The position numbers were made by a program, and so were the translations under genes. A DNA stretch of 64,000 nucleotides from a candidate division WOR-3 bacterium (GTDB taxonomy: Bacteria > Hydrothermota > Tepidihabitantia > Tepidihabitantales > Tepidihabitantaceae), in contig JANLFQ010000001.1 in assembly GCA_024653355.1 (NCBI GenBank), positions 640,576-704,575 of the forward strand, given 5' to 3'. Below are positions 28,639 through 38,398 of this stretch, piece after piece. The notes under the pieces are model-generated. The model did no database searches, was not told the DNA's origin, and saw only the letters and a list, made by a program, of their open reading frames with translations. Every line of letters starts with the position of its first letter. Within the stretch, counting starts at the first letter, position 1.

Positions 28639-29979
28639 ATGATAGAAAATCTACTGGTGTCAAAATTCTATTTGCAGGTTTACGGCTGTCAGATGAATCA
28701 ATACGAAGCCGAATTGGTGCGCCACATACTTAATCAATCGGGATTTAGTGAAACTGATAACGCAGAGGACGCCGATGTCTTCTTAATGGTCACCTGCTCG
28801 GTACGCGACCACGCCGAACAAAGAGCCCTGGGCAGACTGGCAACATTTAAATCCTACAAAAACCGCTCGTCGGAAAAAATCGTCGGCGTTCTCGGTTGTG
28901 CTGCCCAGCGCCTAAACGAAAAACTAATCACCGACTACGGAGCGGATATCGTTGTTGGACCTGACGGTTACCGACACCTTCCCGAACTTATCAACCGCCG
29001 AAGAAACGGTGCCCCGCCCCAGTTGTTTGTGCCGATTAACGACGAGTGCTATCCGGACATTCACCCCCAAATCCGAAATGCCGTTACCGCAAATGTAACA
29101 ATAATGCGCGGTTGTAACAACTTTTGTTCATACTGCATCGTCCCTTATGTAAAAGGTCCGGAACGTTCCCGACCGGTGGAAAGCATCGTAAATGAAGTCG
29201 AGCAGCTGGTACGCGCCGGAGTAAAAGAGGTAACGCTTTTGGGCCAGAATGTCCTTGCCTATCAGGACCGGGAAACAAGTTTCACCGAACTGCTGGCAAC
29301 CGTTTGCACTATTGACGGTATCGAACGGGTTCGTTTTCTTACATCTCATCCCCGTGATTTGACGGAAAAAATAATCGACCGGATTGCCCGTTTACCGAAA
29401 GTTTGCCCGCAGTTCCACCTCCCATTACAGTCGGGTTCCAATCGTATCCTGCAGCTTATGAACCGGGGCTACACCCGCGAGGAGTACATGGAGAAAGTGC
29501 AGCTGTTAAGAGATAAAATACCCGAAGTGTCAATTACCACCGACATCATTGTGGGATTTCCCACCGAGGATGAAGATGATTTTGCTGCCACACTGGAAAC
29601 TGTCCGGGCGGTCAAATTTGACTTTGCCTATATGTTCAAATATTCACCCCGGCCCGGAACGCGCGCCGCCGCAATCCAGCCTGCGGTGCCGGAAGCCATA
29701 GCCCGGCGTCGCCTTACCGAACTGATTAAATTGCAAAACCAGATTACCCGGAATGCCAATCAGGCGCTGGTCGGAAAAACCTGCGAACTGCTGATTGAAG
29801 GACCGAGTCCGCGTGGCCAGGGTAGCCTGGGCAGAACCCGCCAAGGAAAGGTTGTCATCCTTGACGAGGAAATTCCGCCGGGTACTCTTGTCTCAACTAT
29901 GGTCAAAGCGGTTCGAGGTTGGACGCCAATCGGTCAGGTGCGCAATACAATACAAGCCCTTGTCACAGGAGGTTGTTAA
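28639..29979 (+). CDS. miaB: tRNA-i6A37 methylthiotransferase MiaB
   Basis: N-terminus KFYLQVYGCQMNQYE matches the MiaB MTTase N-terminus. Radical-SAM CNNFCSYC. TRAM domain. Start chosen at the internal ATG; the ORF track starts at 28501. Confidence 0.9.
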   Translation: MIENLLVSKFYLQVYGCQMNQYEAELVRHILNQSGFSETDNAEDADVFLMVTCSVRDHAEQRALGRLATFKSYKNRSSEKIVGVLGCAAQRLNEKLITDYGADIVVGPDGYRHLPELINRRRNGAPPQLFVPINDECYPDIHPQIRNAVTANVTIMRGCNNFCSYCIVPYVKGPERSRPVESIVNEVEQLVRAGVKEVTLLGQNVLAYQDRETSFTELLATVCTIDGIERVRFLTSHPRDLTEKIIDRIARLPKVCPQFHLPLQSGSNRILQLMNRGYTREEYMEKVQLLRDKIPEVSITTDIIVGFPTEDEDDFAATLETVRAVKFDFAYMFKYSPRPGTRAAAIQPAVPEAIARRRLTELIKLQNQITRNANQALVGKTCELLIEGPSPRGQGSLGRTRQGKVVILDEEIPPGTLVSTMVKAVRGWTPIGQVRNTIQALVTGGC

Positions 29980-30333
29980 ATGCTTACATTTAGAGTAATT
30001 CTTATCTTACTTGCCTTTGTCATCCTTTTTATCCTGGGCTGGCAGAATCAAACCACGGCAACCGTTCAAGTGTTCTGGCGCACCTTTTACAATGTCCCCC
30101 TTGCCTTTGTAATGCTTTACTCTTTTGCCTTTGGTGCCCTGTGCGTCGGCATATTTACGATTGTTTCCGAAATCAGGTTGCGTACCCGACTCCACCGGCA
30201 GCGCCAGGAGATTGAAGCCTTAACCGAAGAACTTCGTGCCCTGCGCAATGCACCACTGAGCATAATTCCTTCACCCCAAGAACCGGCACCGAGCGAAATT
30301 CCCATCGACGACAACAGCCCAAAAGGAGCATAG
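29980..30333 (+). CDS. lapA: LapA-like (DUF1049) inner-membrane protein
   Basis: 117 aa. Two transmembrane segments flanking GWQNQTTATVQVF (compare E. coli LapA GAQNDQQVTFNY), then a charged helix. Directly precedes lapB. Confidence 0.55.
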   Translation: MLTFRVILILLAFVILFILGWQNQTTATVQVFWRTFYNVPLAFVMLYSFAFGALCVGIFTIVSEIRLRTRLHRQRQEIEALTEELRALRNAPLSIIPSPQEPAPSEIPIDDNSPKGA

Positions 30334-30337
30334 CATT

Positions 30338-31441
30338 ATGTATCCACTGTTAATTGTCATTCTCGCCCTTTTAGTTGTCGCCCTGTATCCGGTCATCCGC
30401 GACTTCTTCCGTCAGCGCCGGGCAACGATTCCCGCCTATGTTGAAGGTCTCAAACTACTCCTCGATGGCAATGTTGATGAAGCGGCAAAAAAGTTAAAAC
30501 AGGCGGTAGAACAGGACACCAGCAATGTTGACGCCTATATCCGGCTCGGCACGCTATTTCTCGAACAGGGTGACTTTGAAAGAGCGCTGCGCATCCACGA
30601 AAACCTTGCCCTGCGGCGCAATTTAAAACCAGAAGAAGAAAAAGCGATTTATCGGGCGCTGGTTCAAGACTACATAAAGACGGGCCGAAAGGTGAAGGCG
30701 ATACCGTTACTTGAAGAGTTGATTCGGGCGGACCGCAAGGACCTTGCCAGCCGGGAGACCCTTCTCGAACTGTACATCGAAAACAACTCCTGGGATAAGT
30801 GTGAAGAGATTCTCAAAGAGTTACAGGCGGGAGACCCGAACCGTGCCAGCCGATTTTACGCCCTCTACGGCTATGTCTATGGCAAAGTTAACTATAAATC
30901 AGGTGTAAAATGGTTGCACGACGCCCTGAAACTCAATCCGAACTCCCTCCTTGCCCGAATTCTCCTTGGTGACCTCTTGTTAAGCCAGGGTGAAGTTGAC
31001 GAGGCAATCCGGGTCTGGAAAGAGGTAATTGAAGTGGCGCCGGAAAAAAATTACCTCGTCCGGGAGCGACTGGAACGGGCATACTTTGAGAGTGGCCACT
31101 ACGAAGAGGTTACCAACCTCTACCGCCGACTCCTGTTTCGGGTACCGCAAGACACCGGACTGGTTCTGGCGTTAGCCGAAATCTACGCCAAAATGGAAAA
31201 CTTAAAGGAAGCCCGCAACATCCTTGAAAAGGCAACGAAAAACGGCGATGCTGCCACCCGCATCTTCCTGGCGCAGATTTTGCTGCGGGAAGGTGAAACG
31301 GCACGCGCACTCACCGTCCTCAATGAAGCGATGAGCAAGTTAGCCGCCAACACCCGGCACTGTAAAAAATGTAACGCCCTGCTCCGGCAGAGTGAAATCC
31401 GGTGCCACCAATGCGGCACCTGGCAGGATGATGTGACATAA
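30338..31441 (+). CDS. lapB: LapB/YciM-like TPR protein with C-terminal rubredoxin-type zinc finger
   Basis: 367 aa. N-terminal transmembrane segment, TPR repeats, C-terminal CKKCN…CHQCG. Confidence 0.7.
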   Translation: MYPLLIVILALLVVALYPVIRDFFRQRRATIPAYVEGLKLLLDGNVDEAAKKLKQAVEQDTSNVDAYIRLGTLFLEQGDFERALRIHENLALRRNLKPEEEKAIYRALVQDYIKTGRKVKAIPLLEELIRADRKDLASRETLLELYIENNSWDKCEEILKELQAGDPNRASRFYALYGYVYGKVNYKSGVKWLHDALKLNPNSLLARILLGDLLLSQGEVDEAIRVWKEVIEVAPEKNYLVRERLERAYFESGHYEEVTNLYRRLLFRVPQDTGLVLALAEIYAKMENLKEARNILEKATKNGDAATRIFLAQILLREGETARALTVLNEAMSKLAANTRHCKKCNALLRQSEIRCHQCGTWQDDVT

Positions 31442-31469
31442 GTTTACCGCGACCGTAGCCGACGCCGCA

Positions 31470-34052
31470 ATGGCAGAAAAACTCACTCCCCTTTTGACTC
31501 AGTACCACCGAATAAAGCAACGCTATCCGGAAACACTTCTGCTCTTTCGGGTAGGTGACTTTTACGAGATGTTTTATCAGGATGCGGAAATCGGTGCCCG
31601 GGCGCTGAATCTGACCCTCACCTCCCGCTCACACGGTCCGAACCATCGCGTGCCCCTCGCCGGCATCCCGGCAAAGTCGCTCGACACCTATGTTGCCCGC
31701 CTCGTCGAACAGGGGTTCAAAATTGCGGTGTGCGAGCAACTCGAACCCCCCAATCAGGGGAAACCGGTTGTTGCCCGTGATGTGGTCGAGGTAATCACTC
31801 CGGGCACCCTGGTGCGCGACACCCTGCTTGATGAACACCGCAACAACTATCTACTGGCAATCTCACCGGGTGCCATCTGGGGTGTCGCCTTTACCGACCT
31901 TTCCACCGGAGAATTTTACGCTGCCGAAATTCCTCCGGCATCAATTGGCGAAGAACTTACCCGCATTGCACCTTCCGAAATCCTTTTGCCCCAGGGTTGG
32001 ATGGGCGAACTTCCCTCTTACCTGCCGGGAAGGGTAACAAAACTGGACGACTACTACTTCACACCCGAATTTGCCTTTGAAAAACTCACCTCCCATTTCG
32101 GTGTTGCCAACCTTGCCGGTTTTGGTGTTGACCATCTGACCGAAGCGATCTGTGCCGCCGGCGCAATCCTCGAATACCTGGAGCAAACTCAATGCACGAC
32201 TTTACCCCATCTCCAGCGCCTCACGCCTTATCAAAACACCGATTTTCTGCTCATCGACCGCATCTCACGGCGCAACCTTGAACTGCTCGAAAAACTTCAC
32301 CCCCAAAACAAAGGGGACCGCGAAATCGGAACGCTCTTCTGGCTTCTTAATCGAACCTGCACCCCGGCGGGCACCAGACTGCTCCGCCGCTGGCTTCTTA
32401 CCCCATTACTCTCGGTCGAAAAAATCAACGAACGGCTTGACGCCGTCGCAGCATTACTGACACCCGCCTCTCCCCTTGAACAACTCCAGCAACTCCTGAG
32501 CAAAGTTGGCGACCTCGAAAGAGTCGCCTCCCGTATCGCCTTAGACCGTGCCACCCCTCGTGATTTAGTTGCCCTCCGTTCCTGGTTGACCGTTGTCCCC
32601 GACATAAAACTGCTGCTGAAAGACCTTTCTGCCCTAATCCTTCAGAGGTCAGCCGAACTCATCCCTGACTTCACCCCGCTCGTAAAAGAACTGGAGCGCG
32701 CCCTGATCGACTCGCCGCCCACCACCATCACCGACGGCGGTATCTTCCGACCAAGTTACAACGAAGAACTGGACAACCTCCGGGAACTCACCAAAGATGC
32801 GAAACAGTTCCTTGCCCGACTTCAGGAGTCCGAGCGCGCCCGCACCGGTATCCCCAACCTGCGCATCGGCTACAACTCGGTTTTTGGCTACTACATTGAA
32901 GTTACCCGGTCATATCTGCGCCTTGTTCCGAGTGACTACATCCGCAAACAAACCGTTACCGGCGGCGAACGGTTTATCACCCCGCAGTTAAAAGAGTACG
33001 AAACAAAAATCATCAACGCCGAAGAGCGCAGCAAAACCCTTGAATACGAACTGTTTATCGACCTGCGCAATCGCATCAAACCGGACTGTAACAAAATCAT
33101 CGAACTGGCAAACACTCTTGCCACAGTTGATGTCCTGGCAGCCTTTGCCCGGCTTGCCCGGGAAAAAAACTACACCCGTCCGGTTATTGACAGTTCAACC
33201 ACAATCGAAATCAAAGCGGGCCGCCATCCCGTAGTGGAAACAATCTCTACCGAACCGTTCATCCCCAACGACACATATCTCGACACGACCAACAATCAGA
33301 TTCTAATCATCACCGGACCGAATATGGCGGGAAAATCCACCTACTTACGCCAGACGGCGTTGATTGTCATTATGGCGCAACTCGGCTCCTTTGTGCCGGC
33401 ACGCTCTGCCCGGATTGGTATCGTCGATAAGATTTTCACCCGCATCGGCGCCTCAGACGACCTGGCGCGGGGTGTCTCCACATTCCTCGCAGAAATGAAC
33501 GAAACCGCTAACATCCTGAACAACGCCACCTCACGCAGTTTAGTAATCTTAGATGAAGTTGGCCGGGGAACCGCAACCGAAGACGGTGTCGCTATCGCCT
33601 GGGCAACAGTTGAATATCTCCACGGCGATGAAAAGTTCTGCCCCCGAACCCTGTTCGCAACCCATTATCACGAACTGACCCAGCTTCCCAACCATTTGCC
33701 CCGGACAAAGAATTTCAGTTTTCTGGTCCGGGAAAAGGGTGATGAGGTCATCTTCTTGAGAAAAATCCATCCTGGTCCGGCGGATAAAAGTTACGGAATT
33801 GCGGTTGCCAAACTCGCTGGCTTACCAGAACGAGTTATCCGCCGGGCGCGTGAACTGTTAACCCTCTTCACCAGAAACGAGCAGATTAACTTTGCGCAGT
33901 TAAAAGCAGCGCCGGAAAAACCCGTTGCTGCGGACCAGCCTTTTAATCATCCGGTGCTTGAGCGGCTGCGCAACCTGAACATAGACGAAATCTCTCCACT
34001 TAAGGCACTAAACCTCCTCGCCGAACTCAACCGTCTTTTAAAAGACCAGTAA
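31470..34052 (+). CDS. mutS: DNA mismatch repair protein MutS
   Basis: 860 aa. Mismatch-binding N-terminus (…FYEMFYQDA…). Walker A GPNMAGKSTYLRQ. STFLAEM motif. Confidence 0.95.
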   Translation: MAEKLTPLLTQYHRIKQRYPETLLLFRVGDFYEMFYQDAEIGARALNLTLTSRSHGPNHRVPLAGIPAKSLDTYVARLVEQGFKIAVCEQLEPPNQGKPVVARDVVEVITPGTLVRDTLLDEHRNNYLLAISPGAIWGVAFTDLSTGEFYAAEIPPASIGEELTRIAPSEILLPQGWMGELPSYLPGRVTKLDDYYFTPEFAFEKLTSHFGVANLAGFGVDHLTEAICAAGAILEYLEQTQCTTLPHLQRLTPYQNTDFLLIDRISRRNLELLEKLHPQNKGDREIGTLFWLLNRTCTPAGTRLLRRWLLTPLLSVEKINERLDAVAALLTPASPLEQLQQLLSKVGDLERVASRIALDRATPRDLVALRSWLTVVPDIKLLLKDLSALILQRSAELIPDFTPLVKELERALIDSPPTTITDGGIFRPSYNEELDNLRELTKDAKQFLARLQESERARTGIPNLRIGYNSVFGYYIEVTRSYLRLVPSDYIRKQTVTGGERFITPQLKEYETKIINAEERSKTLEYELFIDLRNRIKPDCNKIIELANTLATVDVLAAFARLAREKNYTRPVIDSSTTIEIKAGRHPVVETISTEPFIPNDTYLDTTNNQILIITGPNMAGKSTYLRQTALIVIMAQLGSFVPARSARIGIVDKIFTRIGASDDLARGVSTFLAEMNETANILNNATSRSLVILDEVGRGTATEDGVAIAWATVEYLHGDEKFCPRTLFATHYHELTQLPNHLPRTKNFSFLVREKGDEVIFLRKIHPGPADKSYGIAVAKLAGLPERVIRRARELLTLFTRNEQINFAQLKAAPEKPVAADQPFNHPVLERLRNLNIDEISPLKALNLLAELNRLLKDQ

Positions 34053-34343
34053 ACCTTTTTAACCTCTGATCACGACTTCCACCCTGACAGCAAACCCGGA
34101 ATGGGGTGTCGCACTCGTGTAAACCACATATTTTCAACACACTAACCTATAAAGACATCTAACAAACTACCGTTACGCCAATTGTGCTTAACAAATTCTG
34201 ATTGTTTAACTATCAATACTATAAAAACTTAGGCAATTGAATTGAAATTTTACCTCAGGGAACGCATATTGCTTAATTATAAAACGGAAAGGGTAACGGG
34301 ATGGCCCAATTCAAGGGGTTACATCCGAAGGAGCGATAAGTTT

Positions 34344-34397
34344 ATGGGCCATTCCGTTGCCTGCGGGATAGTTGTAAACAAACAAACGAGGGGGTGA
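34344..34397 (+). other. Candidate 17-codon upstream leader ORF (MGHSVACGIVVNKQTRG) inside a hairpin upstream of the GNAT gene
   Basis: ATG lies 8 nt after AAGGAG. Its stop TGA is 3 nt before the GNAT ATG. Its 5' end forms the 3' arm of a 17-bp imperfect stem (34292-34308 / 34345-34361). Confidence 0.3.
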
Positions 34398-34400
34398 AAA

Positions 34401-35465
34401 ATGTTTGCAGAACTGCTTACCGTCGAACGTAACGAACTTATGCGTGACCTTTTTGCAACCTACCCATTTAAGCCCTATCTCTGGGCACTGGGTAAGGAAA
34501 GAGAAGGCGCGGCGGACAACTACATCTTATCACAGATAAATGAAGCGGTAAAAGCCGGTGGCATCGCCCGCACCTATTATCTCGATGGCAAAGTGCAGGG
34601 ATTATGCGTTATCAAACCGGACATTTTAGCAACCCAGGAACTCAACTGCCGGTCCTACCGAATAACCCATCTCATCGCAATGGGAAAACCTGATGTTCAG
34701 ATGCTTGTCAAGAACTTGCTCATCCGCGAGACATTAAGAACACTGCCTAAAAACAGTTGTATCGTTGCCCGTTGCCCGTACTCAGACCTGACATCAATCA
34801 ATGCCCTGGAAAGTTGCGGTTTTTTCACAACACACACCGCATTGATTCTGGCAAAAGAGCTGTCGAAAAACGATTGGCTGGCGACTCCGGCCGAAGATTA
34901 CGAGGTAACACTGATAGACAGAAACGACATTGATTACTTCGACGAGTCTGTTCTCGATATTCCGGAAGGGGTTCTGGGTTGGGATGTCAATCTGCCACCG
35001 CGCATCCTCAGTAAAGTCCATCGTGATTGGTTGCGCACCTATGCGGCAACCGCACCGGCAACGGCAGCGCAATCCGCGGCAAGCACCTCCATCAACAAAT
35101 CGAACGGTCTCAGCCAAGCGCTGTTTGCCGCCGTTGACCAGGGTCGCGTCGTTGGTATCGCCGCCGAACGCACTAAACCCGATGCCGGTAATGCACTCGG
35201 TTTTAATGTCGGAACTATTGACATTTTGACGACCGCTCCGGAATACCGCGGCAACGGTGTCGCAACCAAACTGCTCAAGGAGTCTTTGAACCAATTTGTT
35301 CAAAAAGGGGTTCGCGTCGCCGAATTGATACTCCATACCAATGACGGCTTCCTAACGCAAACTTACCAGGAAATGGGTTTCTTCACCGTCGGTACTACCC
35401 TGACACTCGTTTACTGTGGCGGTAAACAACCGGACCGGGCAAAATTAGCGCGAATCAGGGGGTAA
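34401..35465 (+). CDS. Tandem-GNAT N-acetyltransferase
   Basis: 354 aa. Two GNAT-like halves joined by a low-complexity Ala/Thr linker. Acetyl-CoA motif RGNGVATKLL in the C-terminal half. Confidence 0.6.
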   Translation: MFAELLTVERNELMRDLFATYPFKPYLWALGKEREGAADNYILSQINEAVKAGGIARTYYLDGKVQGLCVIKPDILATQELNCRSYRITHLIAMGKPDVQMLVKNLLIRETLRTLPKNSCIVARCPYSDLTSINALESCGFFTTHTALILAKELSKNDWLATPAEDYEVTLIDRNDIDYFDESVLDIPEGVLGWDVNLPPRILSKVHRDWLRTYAATAPATAAQSAASTSINKSNGLSQALFAAVDQGRVVGIAAERTKPDAGNALGFNVGTIDILTTAPEYRGNGVATKLLKESLNQFVQKGVRVAELILHTNDGFLTQTYQEMGFFTVGTTLTLVYCGGKQPDRAKLARIRG

Positions 35466-35519
35466 TATAAGAAATTCAAAGAGCAACAAAAGGCAGTTTA
35501 ATATAACCAGGGAGGAAGT

Positions 35520-35966
35520 ATGGCTAAAATAGCGGTTGGGGTTTGGGCGATTTTCGGGTTAATGACCACGATTCTCGCCCAACCTATTGGCGGTCAGAAC
35601 GACCAGTACCCGCAAGCGCCGGCAATCTCAATCCGCGCGTCAATCTGGGGACAGGTTAATCACCCAGGTCAGTACTCATTCAACAGTGCTGCCGACCTTT
35701 TTGAACTGATTTCCGCTGCCGGTGGCCCAACAAGCAACGCCGATGTCCGCCATATCATCGTTCTACGGGAAAAAGACGGCACCCGGCACCGGTTTAATCT
35801 CCAGCGTCTCGCGATATCCGGTCAACGGTTTTTCCTTGCCACCGGTGATGTGGTAATTATCCCGGAATCTTTCTGGAGCAAATTCCGTAACGGTTTACCG
35901 GTAATCACTGCTGCCGCGGCAGTCGCAAATGTTGCCATAACCGCAATCCTTCTATCACAAAGGTAA
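35520..35966 (+). CDS. SLBB (soluble-ligand-binding beta-grasp) domain protein with signal peptide and C-terminal hydrophobic anchor
   Basis: 148 aa. GQYSF…ADLFELISAAGG…DVRHIIVLR…GDVVIIPES matches the SLBB domain of Wza and ComEA-type proteins. AGGGAGG ribosome-binding site. Confidence 0.5.
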   Translation: MAKIAVGVWAIFGLMTTILAQPIGGQNDQYPQAPAISIRASIWGQVNHPGQYSFNSAADLFELISAAGGPTSNADVRHIIVLREKDGTRHRFNLQRLAISGQRFFLATGDVVIIPESFWSKFRNGLPVITAAAAVANVAITAILLSQR

Positions 35967-35973
35967 TTACGAT

Positions 35974-37989
35974 GTGCGCGCTGTGATGACGGCATTAAAA
36001 GCACCCGCCACCGAGGGAAAAAGCCCGTCCGTCCTTATCGTTGATGACGAGTTAGACTTCGCCAACACCCTCGCTGACATCCTCCTCACTAAAGGCTATC
36101 AACCACTTATCGCCACATCGGGGTGGGAGGCAATTAACCTACTGGAACAAACTACGCCGGATGTAATTCTTGTCGACCTACGGCTTCCCGACACCAATGG
36201 TATCAATCTGTTACCAAAAATTAAAAAGTGCGCGCCGCACGCACAGGTAATCATCCTGACCGGCCACGCAACCCTGGAAACGGCAATTCAGGCTTTGCAT
36301 GAGGGTGCCTTTGGCTATTTGCGCAAACCCTGCTCACCCGACCGCTTGTTTCTCACCTTAGAAAACGCCCTGCTCCGGCAGCAGAATGTCCACACATCAC
36401 CCGGTGTCCTTGGTGAACTACTCTTCCATTCAGCGCTTCCCGCGTTTACCTTTGACCCGGAAAACGGTACAATCCTTAACTTCAACCCGGCATTTTTCAA
36501 ATTGACAGAAACCGTCCCCAGTCCGGCTGTTACCCAGAACATTTTTTTCTTTTTGAACGAAAGTGAAGCGCAGATGCACTCTTATCTTGCCAACCTGAAA
36601 ACTACGAGTACCGCCACGCGATTGGTAAAAATCCCTTCGGAAAATTCAACCCGTTACTATCGGTTGCTCGCTTTCCTGACACCGAAAAATCCTAACCGGG
36701 CGCTGGGTGTACTCATCGACATCACCAACCATTATAAATCCGAACTCGCTGCCCGACGCCGTTTTGAGTACTTCCAGAGTATCTGGGAAAACCTTGCCAC
36801 CGGCGTGGTGATTGTTGATAGCCAGTATGCGATTCAACAGGTAAACCCCTGGTTTGCACGTATCTACCAAACGACGCCCGAACAACTCAAAGAAAAAAAA
36901 TGTCATAGTGTGGTACACGGCTTTTCCCGCCCCTGCCATCATTACGGCATAACCTGCCCGATTGTCAATGTCCTGGCATCAGGAACAACTTTTCGGGCAA
37001 CCCACAAACACCTGACACCTGATGGAACCACCCGCCACATCGAAACTACGGTCGCACCGTTACACGATGAAGACAACACCATCATCGCCTTTCTAATGAT
37101 TCACAACGACCTTACCGAGATGAAACTGATTCAGGATGAACTAATCGAAAAGACCCAAAAACTGGCGGAATTAAATGAAGAATTGCGGCAGCAAGCCGAA
37201 AAACTGAAAAAGGCAAATTTTGAACTGTTACGCCTCAGCACCGCAAAAGACGAGTTCATTTCCGTTGTCTCGCACGAACTGCGCACCCCACTCACCGTAA
37301 TTGCCGAGGTGTTAAACCTGCTACTCGACGGTTCTTCCGGAACTATCTCGGAAAAGCAAAATCAACTGTTGACCGCCGCAAACCGAAACTGCCGCCGGCT
37401 CACCGCTCTGATCAATGACATCCTTGATTTGTCAAAACTTGAAGCCGATAAAATCAATATCCACCCCACAAGATTCGACATCTGTGGCCTGATTGAAGAG
37501 GTCAAAAGGTCGTTTCTACCGGCCGCTGCGGAAAAAGGACTTACACTTCAAACATCAACACCGCCGGCACCGGTAATGGTCTACGCCGACGAAAAACACA
37601 TCCACCGCGTCCTGGTAAACCTTGTTGGTAACGCAATAAAATTTACCGAACAGGGCGGTATCACCATCGCCGTTGAGAAAAAAGAAAAACAGGCCCTCAT
37701 ATCGGTAACCGACACCGGAATTGGTATCCCGGAATCAGAACAGTCCTGTATCTTTGACAAATTCTACCAGGCGCATCACCACACCGGATTACGGGTTCCA
37801 GGCACCGGGCTGGGGCTTGCCATTACCAAAAAACTGCTCGAACTGAACAGCAGCACCATCGGGTTGGAAAGCAAACCCAATGCTGGCTCCCGATTCTATT
37901 TCCCGCTGCCATTGATCGGTGACGACGAATCTTCTCAGGTAAAACAAAATGTCATAAACCTTGATGGTAACCATGGCACAGACAATTGA
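35974..37989 (+). CDS. Hybrid response-regulator/histidine kinase (REC-PAS-HisKA-HATPase)
   Basis: 671 aa. N-terminal receiver (SVLIVDDE…DVILVDLRLPDTNG). PAS domain. HisKA H-box VSHELRTPL. ATPase G-box GTGLGLAI. Start could be GTG at 35974 or ATG at 35986. Confidence 0.8.
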   Translation: MRAVMTALKAPATEGKSPSVLIVDDELDFANTLADILLTKGYQPLIATSGWEAINLLEQTTPDVILVDLRLPDTNGINLLPKIKKCAPHAQVIILTGHATLETAIQALHEGAFGYLRKPCSPDRLFLTLENALLRQQNVHTSPGVLGELLFHSALPAFTFDPENGTILNFNPAFFKLTETVPSPAVTQNIFFFLNESEAQMHSYLANLKTTSTATRLVKIPSENSTRYYRLLAFLTPKNPNRALGVLIDITNHYKSELAARRRFEYFQSIWENLATGVVIVDSQYAIQQVNPWFARIYQTTPEQLKEKKCHSVVHGFSRPCHHYGITCPIVNVLASGTTFRATHKHLTPDGTTRHIETTVAPLHDEDNTIIAFLMIHNDLTEMKLIQDELIEKTQKLAELNEELRQQAEKLKKANFELLRLSTAKDEFISVVSHELRTPLTVIAEVLNLLLDGSSGTISEKQNQLLTAANRNCRRLTALINDILDLSKLEADKINIHPTRFDICGLIEEVKRSFLPAAAEKGLTLQTSTPPAPVMVYADEKHIHRVLVNLVGNAIKFTEQGGITIAVEKKEKQALISVTDTGIGIPESEQSCIFDKFYQAHHHTGLRVPGTGLGLAITKKLLELNSSTIGLESKPNAGSRFYFPLPLIGDDESSQVKQNVINLDGNHGTDN

Positions 37990-38398
37990 AAGAAACAAAA
38001 CGGTCCTGGTGGTTGACGATGAACCGGATATCAGAATGATTCTCCAGGCACGATTAGAAGCAGCCGGTTACCGGGTCGAAACCGCAGGCAACGGTTTAGA
38101 AGCGTTGAACCGTATCCGGTCACAACCACCAGACCTGGTGATTCTCGACCTGATGTTACCCGGAATGGACGGTTTTGCGGTATGCGCAATGTTGAAGCAC
38201 GACCAACGCTTTAGCCACATACCGATCGTCATCCTCTCGGCACGCTCTCAGGCACAGGACAAAAAAACCGGCGTTAGTCTCGGGGCTGATGCCTATTTAA
38301 CAAAGCCATTTCAACCCCAGGAGTTACTGACCACCATCGAAAACCTTATTGAACCGAAAACCCCGGCTCATTCCGAACCCGGTGCGGAAAAACAATGA
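37964..38398 (+). CDS. Single-domain response regulator (CheY-like REC)
   Basis: About 140 aa. VLVVDDEPDIRMIL…DLVILDLMLPGMDG…LTKPF. Start is ATG at 37964 or 37973. Overlaps the kinase stop. Confidence 0.8.
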   Translation: MVTMAQTIERNKTVLVVDDEPDIRMILQARLEAAGYRVETAGNGLEALNRIRSQPPDLVILDLMLPGMDGFAVCAMLKHDQRFSHIPIVILSARSQAQDKKTGVSLGADAYLTKPFQPQELLTTIENLIEPKTPAHSEPGAEKQ

